From an uncultured Verrucomicrobiales bacterium (lineage in GTDB: Bacteria > Verrucomicrobiota > Verrucomicrobiia > Limisphaerales > UBA1100), in contig CAJWVY010000003.1 of assembly GCA_913048135.1 (NCBI GenBank), forward strand, positions 1 to 50,821: DNA of 50,821 nt. The letters are read 5' to 3'. The position numbers and the translations under genes are program-made. Shown one piece after another: positions 28,715 through 38,514 of the stretch. A model generated the notes under the pieces. The model made no database searches, had not been told where the DNA came from, and was given only the letters and a program-made list of their open reading frames with translations. Each line of letters opens with the position of its first letter. The first letter of the stretch is position 1.

Positions 28715-29856
28715 GTGAGATTACGGTAGGCTTTATCCGCTGCCAGCTTGGCCACGAGCTCACGCATTTTTGCGGTGGCTTTTTTATGCGCAACCAAGGT
28801 GGTGTCGTCCGTTTGCACAATCACGCAATCCCTTACTCCAACCACGGCAATGGGTTTGCGATTTTTTTTGGAGCGGGCATCAAAGATCACATTGCGGGCG
28901 GAATCCACGTGCACAAAATCCGCCTCTGCGCAGTTGCCTTCGCTATCGGCCTTCAGGTGGCGAGCGAGCGCGGGCCATGCTCCAAGATCGTCCCAGTCGA
29001 AATCTCCATCGGCCACGAGAACATTATGCGCATGCTCCATGACGCCGTAATCGAATGAAACTTTCTTGAGGCTCGGATAATCCTTGGCCAGCGCCCGCTT
29101 GAGCTTGGCGGGGCTTGCGGCGGCGTGAAACCACCGCTCGCAGGCTTCGTGGAGAGGTTTCTGGTGTTTCAACAGGCTTTCGGCAATGGTGGCGAAAGAG
29201 AAAATGAACATGCCGGCATTCCAACGGTAGCCGCCGTCATTCAGATATTCCACCGCCCGATCGTAATTGGGCTTCTCCACGAAACGCTGGACGACACGAA
29301 ACGTGCTCTTGTAGGCCTTGCGATCTTTGGGCGGGGGTAGCGGGTCGCCCATTTTAATATAGCCATAACCCGTCTCCGGGGAGGTCGGTTTGATGCCGAT
29401 GGTGATTATGGCCTGGCCGCGCTCAGCCAGATCAAAGCTTTCCTCAAGGTTGCGTTGAAATTTTTTGACGCTCTTTTCAGGGATGACATGGTCCGCCGGT
29501 AGTATCGCCATGGTGCCCGTGGTGCAGCGTGCCCCCACAAGGGCTGCGGCCAGTGCCACAGCCGGGCAGGTGTCGCGCCCACATGGTTCGGCTACTACAT
29601 TATCTTTTGGTAAACGCGGTAGCTGCTTGCGCACGGCGGCGGCCTGCGCCTGATTGGTGATCACAAAAATATTCTTCAGCGGAACGATGGGCTTGATGCG
29701 CTCGACTGTGTGTTGGAGAAACGATTGTTTGTCGAACAACGCCAGCAATTGCTTCGGAGTGGCTTCACGGCTGAGCGGCCAGAATCGCTCGCCTTTGCCG
29801 CCGGCGAGGATGACTGCAAACCGGTTCTTGTTGGGAGCGTTTTTCTTGGCGGGCAT
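28711..29856 (-). CDS. manC: Mannose-1-phosphate guanylyltransferase (no isomerase domain)
   Basis: ILAGGKGERFWPLSR..PKQ, EPCGRDT, PADH, ETGYGYI, FVEKP, WNAGMF, WDDLGAW. Confidence 0.92.
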   Translation of the reverse strand: MPAKKNAPNKNRFAVILAGGKGERFWPLSREATPKQLLALFDKQSFLQHTVERIKPIVPLKNIFVITNQAQAAAVRKQLPRLPKDNVVAEPCGRDTCPAVALAAALVGARCTTGTMAILPADHVIPEKSVKKFQRNLEESFDLAERGQAIITIGIKPTSPETGYGYIKMGDPLPPPKDRKAYKSTFRVVQRFVEKPNYDRAVEYLNDGGYRWNAGMFIFSFATIAESLLKHQKPLHEACERWFHAAASPAKLKRALAKDYPSLKKVSFDYGVMEHAHNVLVADGDFDWDDLGAWPALARHLKADSEGNCAEADFVHVDSARNVIFDARSKKNRKPIAVVGVRDCVIVQTDDTTLVAHKKATAKMRELVAKLAADKAYRNLT

Positions 29857-29858
29857 AA

Positions 29859-30650
29859 TTAAAGGGCTTCGGTGAGTTCCTGGACAAAACCACCGACTCG
29901 TTCCGGGAGATCGGGGGCGTTTCCGTGTTCGGCGATTTGGTTTACAATGGCACTACCGACGACCACCGCGTCGCAGTCCGCGGCGACTTGCCGGACTTGT
30001 TCGGCATTTGAAATGCCAAACCCAACCGCGATGGGCAAATCCGTATGGCGGCGTATGGCGGCGATCCGTTCATCCAGGCTCGAAACAATATCCTGCCGCA
30101 TACCGGTAACTCCTTCCCGGGAAATGTAATAGATAAACCCGCTGCCGCGCGCCGCAATCGCAGCAATGCGTTCCTCAGGAGTCGTGGGAGCAATAAGCCA
30201 AATGCTGCACAAGCCCGCCTCTTTCATCAACTGCTCGTATTCATCCGCCTCCTCCGGCGGCAGATCGAGCGCGAGCAGGCCATCCACGCCGGCGGCGGCG
30301 GCGGCATCAATGAACTCTTTCAGGCCTCGGCGATGCATGATGTTGAAGTAAATGTACAAAACAATCGGCACATTCGATTGCTTGCGAATGGCAGCAACTG
30401 TTTCGAGCAGGCGTTCGGGCGTGGTGCCGCTGGCCAAGCCCCGCTGGGCGGCAAGTTGATTGACCAAGCCGTCGGCCAATGGATCGCTGAAGGGGACGCC
30501 AAGCTCGAGGATATCCACGCCGGAATCCGCCAGCCGCACGGCAAGCGCTTCGGTAGATGCGAGATCGGGATCGCCCGCGCCTATGTAGGCCACAAATCCC
30601 TTGCGGTTTTGTTCGCGTAGATTTTGGAAACGTTGATCAATGCGGTTCAC
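29859..30650 (-). CDS. trpA: Tryptophan synthase alpha chain; start likely GTG 30650
   Basis: ELGVPFSDPLADG, DLPPEE, APTT, GVTG, VGFGIS, VVVGSA. Confidence 0.95.
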   Translation of the reverse strand: MNRIDQRFQNLREQNRKGFVAYIGAGDPDLASTEALAVRLADSGVDILELGVPFSDPLADGLVNQLAAQRGLASGTTPERLLETVAAIRKQSNVPIVLYIYFNIMHRRGLKEFIDAAAAAGVDGLLALDLPPEEADEYEQLMKEAGLCSIWLIAPTTPEERIAAIAARGSGFIYYISREGVTGMRQDIVSSLDERIAAIRRHTDLPIAVGFGISNAEQVRQVAADCDAVVVGSAIVNQIAEHGNAPDLPERVGGFVQELTEAL

Positions 30651-30663
30651 CGGGCGGAGCATG

Positions 30664-31389
30664 TCAATTCCAGTCATTGGAGGCAAGTCGCAGTCCATCG
30701 AGAGTCAGTCGCGGCCGGATGGCGTTCACCTCAGGAATCTTGCGGCCAATCAATCGCGCACAACCGCCTGTAGCGATCACGGAAAGTTTTTTGGTGCCGA
30801 GTGATTGCCGAATCTCCCTGATCAATCCTTGCACCAATCCCCGGTAACCGTGCACAGCACCAATCTGCATGGCCTGTACGGTTGTCTTGCCGATGGCCGT
30901 TCGATGATCCTTCAATGTAATAGCGGGAAGCAGGGCGGTTTTCTCATGGAGATAATCGGTCATGGCCGAGAGCCCTGGAGCAATGACGCCTCCGACGTAA
31001 GCGCCTGTACCATCGATAATATCAAACGTGACAGCCGTACCGAAATCCACGACCAAAACCGGGCCTCCAAATTCATCCAGCGCAGCCCTGGCGTTGGCGA
31101 GTCGGTCCGGGCCAATGGTGGCCGGTTTTGGGTAGCGCAGGTCGATTCCACAATTGGCGTGTGTGAGGGTTGAAAATGGTGCCGGGCATAAGGCTTTGGC
31201 CAGCTTGGTTGCTGCGGGTACCACGCTGCAACAGGCCGTGTCGGTGAGCTTGTGTTTGCCAATTATTTTCTGGAGAATGCGTGTTGTTGGCCATTTGTCG
31301 GTTGAGAACTCCAAAACCTTACCAACCCGCCCGCGCGTGGACAGGGCAGCCGTGGTGTGTGTGTTGCCGATGTCGAGCAGTAGTTTCAT
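30664..31389 (-). CDS. coaX: Type III pantothenate kinase
   Basis: LDIGNT, IGPDR, VDFGTAVTFD, GGVIAPG, ATGG. Confidence 0.93.
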   Translation of the reverse strand: MKLLLDIGNTHTTAALSTRGRVGKVLEFSTDKWPTTRILQKIIGKHKLTDTACCSVVPAATKLAKALCPAPFSTLTHANCGIDLRYPKPATIGPDRLANARAALDEFGGPVLVVDFGTAVTFDIIDGTGAYVGGVIAPGLSAMTDYLHEKTALLPAITLKDHRTAIGKTTVQAMQIGAVHGYRGLVQGLIREIRQSLGTKKLSVIATGGCARLIGRKIPEVNAIRPRLTLDGLRLASNDWN

Positions 31390-32363
31390 TTGGTTAATGT
31401 GACATCGCCGCCAATAACGCGCTCCATACGGCCATGCTGGGTGCGCACCAGGAGAGCACCGCTTTCATCTAATGCCTCCGCCCGGCCGGAGATGCGGCGT
31501 GGTCCGATATCGACGATTACCTCCTTACCGATGGTGGTGCAATGTGCGGCCCATTCCTCGGCGATCACGGGGAACTGGCGATTAAGGATGCGTTCATAGT
31601 CGGCATCGAGTTCGCGGAGAATTTGTTCGGCCAGTTGCGCGCGGTCCACAGCCTTGCCGAAGGCGAGCTTTAGCGAGGTGGCGATGCTTGACAATTCTCC
31701 AGTGAAATCGCTGGCGGTCTGGTTTACATCGATGCCAATTCCCAGGATTACGTGTCGGACATGGTCGATCTCAGCGCTCATTTCGGTGAGAATTCCAGCG
31801 ACTTTGCGCCCCTTAATCTGAATGTCATTCGGCCATTTAATTCCGGCGCGAATCCCAGTGGATTGACGGATTGCACGAACGAGACTGACGGCGGCTGCAG
31901 CCGTTAACTGAGTGCATTCGTTGGCGGTGAGGGCAGGGCGCAGCAGAACCGAAAACCAAAGACCACGCCCGGTTGGGGAAGACCATTTGCGTCCCAGTCG
32001 GCCTCGTCCCTGGTTTTGGGATTCAGCAAACACAACAAGCCCTTCGGCTTCACCGGCTTGAGCGGCTTTCTCGATTTCGTCGTTGGTCGAAGAGGTTGTT
32101 TGCAGCGTTTGAATGCGGCGCCCGATGAGTGTTTTGCCGGCCAAGCGTGATTGCAGATCTTCGGCAATTAGTTGTTCGGGCGAGGAAATCAGCTGGTAGC
32201 CTAGGTGCGGGCTGGCGATGATTTCAAAGCCGGCATCGCGCAATGACTCGATGTGTGACCAAACCGCCGCGCGGCTGATCTTGAGCTTTTGGCACAAGTC
32301 ACTGCTGGACACCCCGTGCTCAGCGGCGCGAAGTGTAGTGAGGATTTGGGCCGCGGGGGTCAC
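31386..32363 (-). CDS. birA: Biotin--protein ligase with N-terminal HTH
   Basis: ISRAAVWSHI HTH; STN, QNQGRGRLGRKW, KWPND, KVAGILTE, GIGIDVN. Confidence 0.95.
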   Translation of the reverse strand: MTPAAQILTTLRAAEHGVSSSDLCQKLKISRAAVWSHIESLRDAGFEIIASPHLGYQLISSPEQLIAEDLQSRLAGKTLIGRRIQTLQTTSSTNDEIEKAAQAGEAEGLVVFAESQNQGRGRLGRKWSSPTGRGLWFSVLLRPALTANECTQLTAAAAVSLVRAIRQSTGIRAGIKWPNDIQIKGRKVAGILTEMSAEIDHVRHVILGIGIDVNQTASDFTGELSSIATSLKLAFGKAVDRAQLAEQILRELDADYERILNRQFPVIAEEWAAHCTTIGKEVIVDIGPRRISGRAEALDESGALLVRTQHGRMERVIGGDVTLTK

Positions 32364-33208
32364 AGTGAAAAATCTAGGGCGATATCCACGGAAGTCGCCG
32401 AATGCGTCAGGGCTCCCACGGAAATATAGTGCACGCCGGTCTGCGCGATGTCGCGAATGGTGTCCAGAGTCACGCCGCCGCTGGCTTCGATTTGCGAGCG
32501 GTTGTCGATTAAGGCAACGGATTCGCGGAGTTCATCAAGCGTCATGTTGTCGAGTAGGATAATATCAGCGCGGGATTCTGCGGCCTGTCGGGCTTGAATC
32601 GGGGTATCTGCTTCCACTTCGATCTTGAGATTTGGATGAGCTTCACGGCAGCGCTCGATGGCCGAGGCAATACGGTTGTTGCCTTGCAGGGCGGCTAAGT
32701 GGTTATCTTTGATCATCACCATGTCATCTAGTCCGTAGCGATGGTTTCGGGCACCACCGCATTGAACGGCGTATTTTTCTAGATCACGCCAGCCCGGGGT
32801 GGTTTTGCGCGTATCGAGCAACAGCACGCCAGTCCCGCTTACAGCGGCGACATAGCGGGCGGCTTGAGTGGCCACGCCGGAAAGGCGTTGGGCGTAGTTT
32901 AGTGCGGTTCGTTCACCGGTAAGTAATGCGCGAGCGGAGGCATCAATAGTTGCGATTATGGCGCCCGCAGGCACTTCGTCGCCATCAGAATGGAAATGAG
33001 TGATGACTGCTTCCGCATCGAGCTGTTGGAAAACGGTTTCGATCAAATCCCGCCCACAATAGTTGAGTGGCTCACGGGAGACAATGTGACCTTGGCATCG
33101 GCGTTGGGCGTCGACTAGAGCATTGGTAGTGACGTCGCCTTCGCCGATATCCTCAGCCAAGGCCGCCGCAACATGAGCCTGAATGTGTTCGCCGGAAAGA
33201 TCTGGCAC
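32360..33208 (-). CDS. nadC: Quinolinate phosphoribosyltransferase
   Basis: GERTALN, DTRKTTPG, NHRYGLDDMVMIKDNH, LLDNM, EASGG, ISVGALTHS. Confidence 0.96.
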   Translation of the reverse strand: MPDLSGEHIQAHVAAALAEDIGEGDVTTNALVDAQRRCQGHIVSREPLNYCGRDLIETVFQQLDAEAVITHFHSDGDEVPAGAIIATIDASARALLTGERTALNYAQRLSGVATQAARYVAAVSGTGVLLLDTRKTTPGWRDLEKYAVQCGGARNHRYGLDDMVMIKDNHLAALQGNNRIASAIERCREAHPNLKIEVEADTPIQARQAAESRADIILLDNMTLDELRESVALIDNRSQIEASGGVTLDTIRDIAQTGVHYISVGALTHSATSVDIALDFSL

Positions 33209-33305
33209 GCGGCATTCTTGGGAGGCATTGAGCTGGTTGGCAACGCATTTATCTTTTCAATAGAAAAGGCGTGCTTTTTCGCGAGGCTGAGGGCATATTG
33301 GAGTC

Positions 33306-34241
33306 ATGGCGAACGTCATCATCCGACCGGACTGGCACCTCCCGGAATCTTCAATTACTCCAATCAACGAATACCACAATCGGCGTGCATTCGTGAAGCA
33401 GCTTGGCTTGGGGGCGGGCGTCGCCGGACTGAGCCTTGCCGATACACTCCAGGCCGCGGCAGCTCCCAAATTATACCCCGCCAAACGGAACGCGAAGTAT
33501 AACCCGAAGATCGTTCTTACCAACAAAGCTTGGGCTACCGGCTATAATAATTTTTATGAATTCACCACCAGCAAAGAGCACGTACGTTTTCTGGTGGATA
33601 AATTCAAAATCAACCCATGGCAGGTGGAAGTTTCCGGCCTGTGCGACAAGCCCTTTAAATTTGATGCCTTGGATATGGCCAAAAAACTGGGCTTGGAAGA
33701 GCGCGTGTACCGATTCCGGTGCGTAGAGGCGTGGTCCATGATTGTGCCTTGGACCGGCTACACGCTTTCAAAACTCTTGAAACAGGCTGAACCCAAGGCC
33801 AGCGCAAAGTACGTGAAGTTTTATACTGCCATGAAACCGGCTGAAATGCCTGGATTAGCACGTCTGCCACAATACCCATGGCCCTACACGGAAGGTCTGC
33901 GACTCGATGAGGCCATGCATGATTTGACCTTTATGGCTACCGGCATTTACGGGGAGCCTTTGCCAAAGCAGAACGGCGCACCGCTTCGGCTCGTGGTGCC
34001 GTGGAAGTATGGTTATAAGAGCATTAAGAGCATCGTGAAAATTGAATTCACTGATCGCCAGCCAAAGACGTTGTGGAACGCGCTTGCTCCGCGTGAATAT
34101 CCTTTCGAATCCAATGTCGACCCTGGGGTGCCGCATCCGCGCTGGTCACAAGCCAGCGAACGACTCATCGGGCCCAATCCCGTTCGCATTAAGACGATCA
34201 AGTTCAACGGCTATCCGCAAGTCGCCGGCCTCTACAAATAA
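33306..34241 (+). CDS. msrP: Protein-methionine-sulfoxide reductase catalytic subunit (Moco, Tat-exported)
   Basis: NRRAFVK Tat motif; YNNFYEF, RFRCVEAWS, QNGAPLRLVVPWKYGYKSIKSI, HPRWSQASER. Confidence 0.94.
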   Translation: MANVIIRPDWHLPESSITPINEYHNRRAFVKQLGLGAGVAGLSLADTLQAAAAPKLYPAKRNAKYNPKIVLTNKAWATGYNNFYEFTTSKEHVRFLVDKFKINPWQVEVSGLCDKPFKFDALDMAKKLGLEERVYRFRCVEAWSMIVPWTGYTLSKLLKQAEPKASAKYVKFYTAMKPAEMPGLARLPQYPWPYTEGLRLDEAMHDLTFMATGIYGEPLPKQNGAPLRLVVPWKYGYKSIKSIVKIEFTDRQPKTLWNALAPREYPFESNVDPGVPHPRWSQASERLIGPNPVRIKTIKFNGYPQVAGLYK

Positions 34242-34244
34242 TTC

Positions 34245-35657
34245 ATGCCGCTCCCGATTCTTTCCGTAGCCCAAGTGCGCGACTGGGAGAAGCGCACTTG
34301 GGATGCAGGAATTGCCGTAGAGTCCGTGATCGAACAGGCCGGACAAGCAGTCGGCCGACTGGCTACTCAAGTCACGCAAAGTGCGGATTCCATACTACTG
34401 CTAATAGGTAAAGGGAATAACGGTAGCGACGCGCGAGTTGCCGCTCGGCATTTGGGAGACCGGAAAGTTGCCGTGTTAGAGGTTGCAGATCCGGTTGAAG
34501 ACTTGGACGCCCTGAAACATCATCTCGGAGAGAACCCCGTGCTCGTTGTGGATGGCCTATTCGGGATTGGGCTGAATCGGGATTTGGATAAGCACTGGCA
34601 GCAATTCATCCAATGCATCAATGAATCGGATGCACCTGTACTGTCGGTCGATTGTCCCTCTGGATTGGATGCTGACAATGGTCAGGCACGAGGAGCGGTA
34701 ATTGAGGCTGCCATCACACTGTGCCTTGGGTGCTTGAAACCGGGGCTTTTGGCGAACTCAGCGGCTCATTGTGTGGGGCGTTTGCGCATTGCTTCGCGCA
34801 TTGGCTTGAAAGATCCAGCGCCCGAGGCGGGTTCGTATTGGGTTACAGAGCAAGACATGCGCGGTTTAAGTCCCCAACGAGATCCGGTTTCTCACAAAGG
34901 TATTCACGGCCATGTAGGAATCATTGGAGGTTCTACGGGCTATCATGGCGCACCGATTCTTGCAGGATGCGCCGGCCTTAGGGCTCAGCCGGGCTTGGTT
35001 AGTATTTTTACGCCGGCTTACCAACCAGTTTCCGCTCAGTGCCAGAGCATTATGGTACACCCATGGGACCGAGACTGCGTGGAGACATTGAGTCGCACCA
35101 CGGCGCTGGTGGCTGGGCCGGGCTTGGCTGGGGGTGATGTTGAAGATTCTTTACGTCAAACTGTTCTGAATCTTTGGAATGAATCCAGTAAACCGATGGT
35201 CGTGGATGCCTCCGCGTTGGATTGGTTGCCTAAGGGGGCGCCGGATAGTGAGGCCTTTCGTTTGCTGACACCACATCCGGGTGAAGCTGCTCGATTGCTT
35301 GGTTGTTCTCCGGAGAAGGTGGAATCCGGCCGAGTGCGCGCAGCTCGTACTTTGGCCGAACAATTTGGGGCGACGGTTTTACTTAAAGGGAAGCACTCGG
35401 TTCTGGCACAGTCAACTGGCCCGGCTTTGGTAAATTCCACGGGTAATGCAGGCTTAGCACAAGGCGGAAGCGGCGACGTTCTGGCAGGGTTCGTTGGCGG
35501 TCTGCTTGCGCAACCCGTTTTCCATGGTAGAGAGATCCAGGCTGCAATGTACGCAACCTGGAAGCACGGCTGGGCGGCGGATCAACTGGCTTCAGGTAGC
35601 GAATACTGGGGAATGGATGACTTGATTAATACGCTCGGCAAACGGGAATTTCATTGA
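34245..35657 (+). CDS. nnr: Bifunctional NAD(P)HX epimerase/dehydratase
   Basis: GKGNNGSD, VDGLFGIG, VDCPSG, HKG, TPHPGEA, LLKG, GGSGDVLAG. Confidence 0.92.
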   Translation: MPLPILSVAQVRDWEKRTWDAGIAVESVIEQAGQAVGRLATQVTQSADSILLLIGKGNNGSDARVAARHLGDRKVAVLEVADPVEDLDALKHHLGENPVLVVDGLFGIGLNRDLDKHWQQFIQCINESDAPVLSVDCPSGLDADNGQARGAVIEAAITLCLGCLKPGLLANSAAHCVGRLRIASRIGLKDPAPEAGSYWVTEQDMRGLSPQRDPVSHKGIHGHVGIIGGSTGYHGAPILAGCAGLRAQPGLVSIFTPAYQPVSAQCQSIMVHPWDRDCVETLSRTTALVAGPGLAGGDVEDSLRQTVLNLWNESSKPMVVDASALDWLPKGAPDSEAFRLLTPHPGEAARLLGCSPEKVESGRVRAARTLAEQFGATVLLKGKHSVLAQSTGPALVNSTGNAGLAQGGSGDVLAGFVGGLLAQPVFHGREIQAAMYATWKHGWAADQLASGSEYWGMDDLINTLGKREFH

Positions 35658-35691
35658 AGAATCGGCAATCCTGTGTCAAAAGTCACATGCT

Positions 35692-36906
35692 TTGGGGAGG
35701 CGTTTTCTCATTTTGGCGATCGGGCTGTGCCATGCTTTTGGGGCATGGGCTGCCTTTCAGGTGTCCCTGCTAAATTCTCCGGAACCGATCATGGTAAACC
35801 GAGTGGCGTCGGTAAATGAAGGTGGTTTGGTTTTTAGTCGAGTCTTAGGCAAATCAGATTTCAAACGCTACCACTGGGGAGAGTTTTCTCTAAAGGGCAC
35901 GCAAACCCTTATTGCTGAGTTGCCGGGGCAATCGGTTTTTCGCCAAAAGAGCAGGGCGGATCAAAGCCGGTTCATGGATGCTCTGCGCAACCAAATGCTC
36001 AAGCTCATGCCTCCGCCTGCGGTGGAGGAGGCGGTGCCCCCGCCGGTGATCGCCCTCCAGCCACCGCGCAAACCGATTGCTCAACCACTCTCCCCGCCAG
36101 AGCCTGCGCCTGTTTTGCCTTTGCCTTCACCTCCAGTGTTGGCAAAGCCTGAAAAGGAACCTCGAGTAGTTCCACCTCGAAATGTGAACGCCAAGCCTGC
36201 GGTTGTTGCAGAAGGCTCATTTAAACCTGCTGCCTCTCAGCAAAAGCTGCCAAGGAGAACGCAACCGAAAAATAAGAGCATAAAGCCGTTTAATCTGATT
36301 CCCGGCCCAAATATTTTGCCGCCAGACACTGAATCTACCACGGAGGGTAAAGCTGGCTTGTGGCTTATTGCGTTCATTGTAATGAGCCTCAGCGCTTGGG
36401 CTGGGCGCGAAGTTGCCGTTTTCCGAAATCGGCCAGTAAGATTGCTGTGCCTGCTTTCCGCCTTATGCCCTGTGATTGTTCCTGTAGTGTTTCTGATTTT
36501 GCCAGAACCGCGTGATGAGATTGAGGAAAGGCAGCTGCCTGCTTATACCCCGGCTCCAGATATGGCGAATATCGAAGATGCTACTCACATAACAGAACTC
36601 GATACGCGTATGGAACCTGAAGTCGAGCCTTCGGCTCAAGTGCATGAATGTTATCGTGCCAGCGAAACTCGATTCAGCGGTAAGTTTTTCGCCGATTATT
36701 TGGCGCGATTTTACAAGGAGCCGCCCGAGGACGGGCGCGCTTTGGTTTTAACAACCGAAGAAGGTGCGTACCCCGTTCATCACATCAGCGATCTTTCGCC
36801 GGAGAGCATGACCATTGTTTACCCCTCACAAGAGGGGCTAGCTGAAACCTCCATTCCTTATCGTCACCTGCAGGAAGTGCGGGTTCAGACAGCCCAAATT
36901 TTATGA
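35692..36906 (+). CDS. Hypothetical membrane protein with Pro-rich linker
   Basis: 404-codon ORF filling the gap and overlapping the next start; signal peptide, Pro-rich segment, two hydrophobic helices, C-terminal domain. Confidence 0.75.
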   Translation: MGRRFLILAIGLCHAFGAWAAFQVSLLNSPEPIMVNRVASVNEGGLVFSRVLGKSDFKRYHWGEFSLKGTQTLIAELPGQSVFRQKSRADQSRFMDALRNQMLKLMPPPAVEEAVPPPVIALQPPRKPIAQPLSPPEPAPVLPLPSPPVLAKPEKEPRVVPPRNVNAKPAVVAEGSFKPAASQQKLPRRTQPKNKSIKPFNLIPGPNILPPDTESTTEGKAGLWLIAFIVMSLSAWAGREVAVFRNRPVRLLCLLSALCPVIVPVVFLILPEPRDEIEERQLPAYTPAPDMANIEDATHITELDTRMEPEVEPSAQVHECYRASETRFSGKFFADYLARFYKEPPEDGRALVLTTEEGAYPVHHISDLSPESMTIVYPSQEGLAETSIPYRHLQEVRVQTAQIL

Positions 36907-37505
36907 GCAATAAAATACGAGCCATCCTGTTATTCGGGGCCCCCGGTTCGGGCAAGGGTACGCAGGGCCGCATTCTCGAGCAAATTCCGAACTGGTATTA
37001 CTTTGCCAGCGGTGATGCGTTCCGCACTTTACGGCCGGAGGATCCCCTTGGGAAAACTTTCCTCGAATATTCCAGTCGCGGCGAACTGGTGCCCGATGAA
37101 TTTACGGTGACCTTATGGCAAAAGAAAATCGAGAGCGCCATTGTGAAAGGAACGTTTCAGCCGGATCATGACATCCTGTTGCTCGATGGCATCCCCCGCA
37201 ACGAGCATCAGGTCGAGATGATGCGCGAACACATTGATGTGCTGGCTATGTTGCATCTCACGAGCAAGGATAAGCAACAGATGATCGAGCGCATCCAACG
37301 CCGTGCACTCATTGAAAGCCGGCTGGATGATGCAAACCTGGATGTGATTCATCAACGCTTCGAGACATACGAAGAAGAGACAAAGAGCGTCATGGAATGT
37401 TATTCCGACGAAATCATCCATCACATTGATTCCGGACAAACGCCCGTGCACGTGTTGCGGGATATTCTGGAGGCCGTGGCCGATATTCAAGTGGGCGCAG
37501 TATGA
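36903..37505 (+). CDS. adk: Adenylate kinase family protein (short form, no long LID)
   Basis: GAPGSGKGTQ, SGDAFR, GELVPDE, LLDGIPRN, RLDD. Confidence 0.85.
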   Translation: MSNKIRAILLFGAPGSGKGTQGRILEQIPNWYYFASGDAFRTLRPEDPLGKTFLEYSSRGELVPDEFTVTLWQKKIESAIVKGTFQPDHDILLLDGIPRNEHQVEMMREHIDVLAMLHLTSKDKQQMIERIQRRALIESRLDDANLDVIHQRFETYEEETKSVMECYSDEIIHHIDSGQTPVHVLRDILEAVADIQVGAV

Positions 37506-38443
37506 CCTGGCGCGTGGTCTACATGGGCACGGCCGAAATCGCCTGTCCACCGTTGCAGGCCTTGGCCGTAATGCCGCAAATAGAGCTTGCGGCCGTTTAT
37601 ACTCAACCAGACCGGCCAAAAGGGCGCGGCCAATCCGTTCAGTTTTCACCCGTAAAGAAACTCGCCCTAGAAATGGGAGAGGCGGTTCTCCAGCCAGAAT
37701 CCCTGAAATCAAGCTTAGCGTTTAAGGAGCTGGCCTCACTGAAGCCTGATGTTTTGGTGGTGATGGCCTATGGGCAGATCCTTTCCCAACAGGTTTTGGA
37801 TTTACCGCCGCACGGCGCGGTGAACCTTCATGCTTCACTCCTACCACGCCACCGCGGTGCCTCCCCGATTCAGCAAGCCATTCTTGCTGGGGATACCGAG
37901 ACTGGGGTGACCCTCATGCAAATGGAGGCTGGTCTTGATACCGGCCCCATGATTGCAAAGGCTAGCATTCCTATTGGCAGAGAGGATACCGCCGCAACCG
38001 TTCATGATCAGCTAGCCCAGCTGAGCGCCAATCTTACCGTGGAAAGCCTCCCTGATTACCTTAGTGGAAACTTGTCCGTGACGCCACAAGATGACAGCAA
38101 AGCCACTTACGCCGCCAAGATTTCAAAAAAGGACGGTCAAATTGATTGGCGTAAATCAGCTGATGAATTGGATCGTCAAATCCGCGCATTCACACCTTGG
38201 CCTGGCAGTTACACGCGCTTGTCGACCACACAAAAATCTCTTCTGAAAATCCTCGGCGCTCAAGTAGCTGATGGCGCAGGATCTCCCGGGCAAATTTTGG
38301 CCAGTGAAAATGGCCAATTCGAGGTCGCCACTGGGCAGGGGAGTTTGATTTTAACTTCTGTTCAACGCGAAGGCGCTCGACCAATGGCTGGAGCCGATTT
38401 CCTAAATGGTTGCCCATTGCCGCTCGGCGCGGGCTTGAAATAA
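37502..38443 (+). CDS. fmt: Methionyl-tRNA formyltransferase
   Basis: YMGT, TQPDRPKGRG, AYGQIL, NLHASLLPRHRGASPIQ, GLDTGP. Confidence 0.96.
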   Translation: MTWRVVYMGTAEIACPPLQALAVMPQIELAAVYTQPDRPKGRGQSVQFSPVKKLALEMGEAVLQPESLKSSLAFKELASLKPDVLVVMAYGQILSQQVLDLPPHGAVNLHASLLPRHRGASPIQQAILAGDTETGVTLMQMEAGLDTGPMIAKASIPIGREDTAATVHDQLAQLSANLTVESLPDYLSGNLSVTPQDDSKATYAAKISKKDGQIDWRKSADELDRQIRAFTPWPGSYTRLSTTQKSLLKILGAQVADGAGSPGQILASENGQFEVATGQGSLILTSVQREGARPMAGADFLNGCPLPLGAGLK

Positions 38444-38453
38444 CCCCAAGCAC

Positions 38454-38501
38454 TTGACAAGAGCTTCAATTCCGGCAATTTAATTCAAACGTTTGTTTGA
38501 A
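38454..38501 (+). promoter_or_regulatory. Promoter with overlapping palindromic TetR (PsrA-type) operator
   Basis: TTGACA at 38454-38459; perfect inverted repeat TTCAAAC-N4-GTTTGAA at 38484-38501, 13 nt before the TetR ATG. Confidence 0.78.
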
Positions 38502-38514
38502 CATTCGCTCGACC

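Noticed and set aside
30664-33208. nadC-birA-coaX cluster as novel
   Set aside because: birA-coaX linkage, often with nadC, is a familiar arrangement
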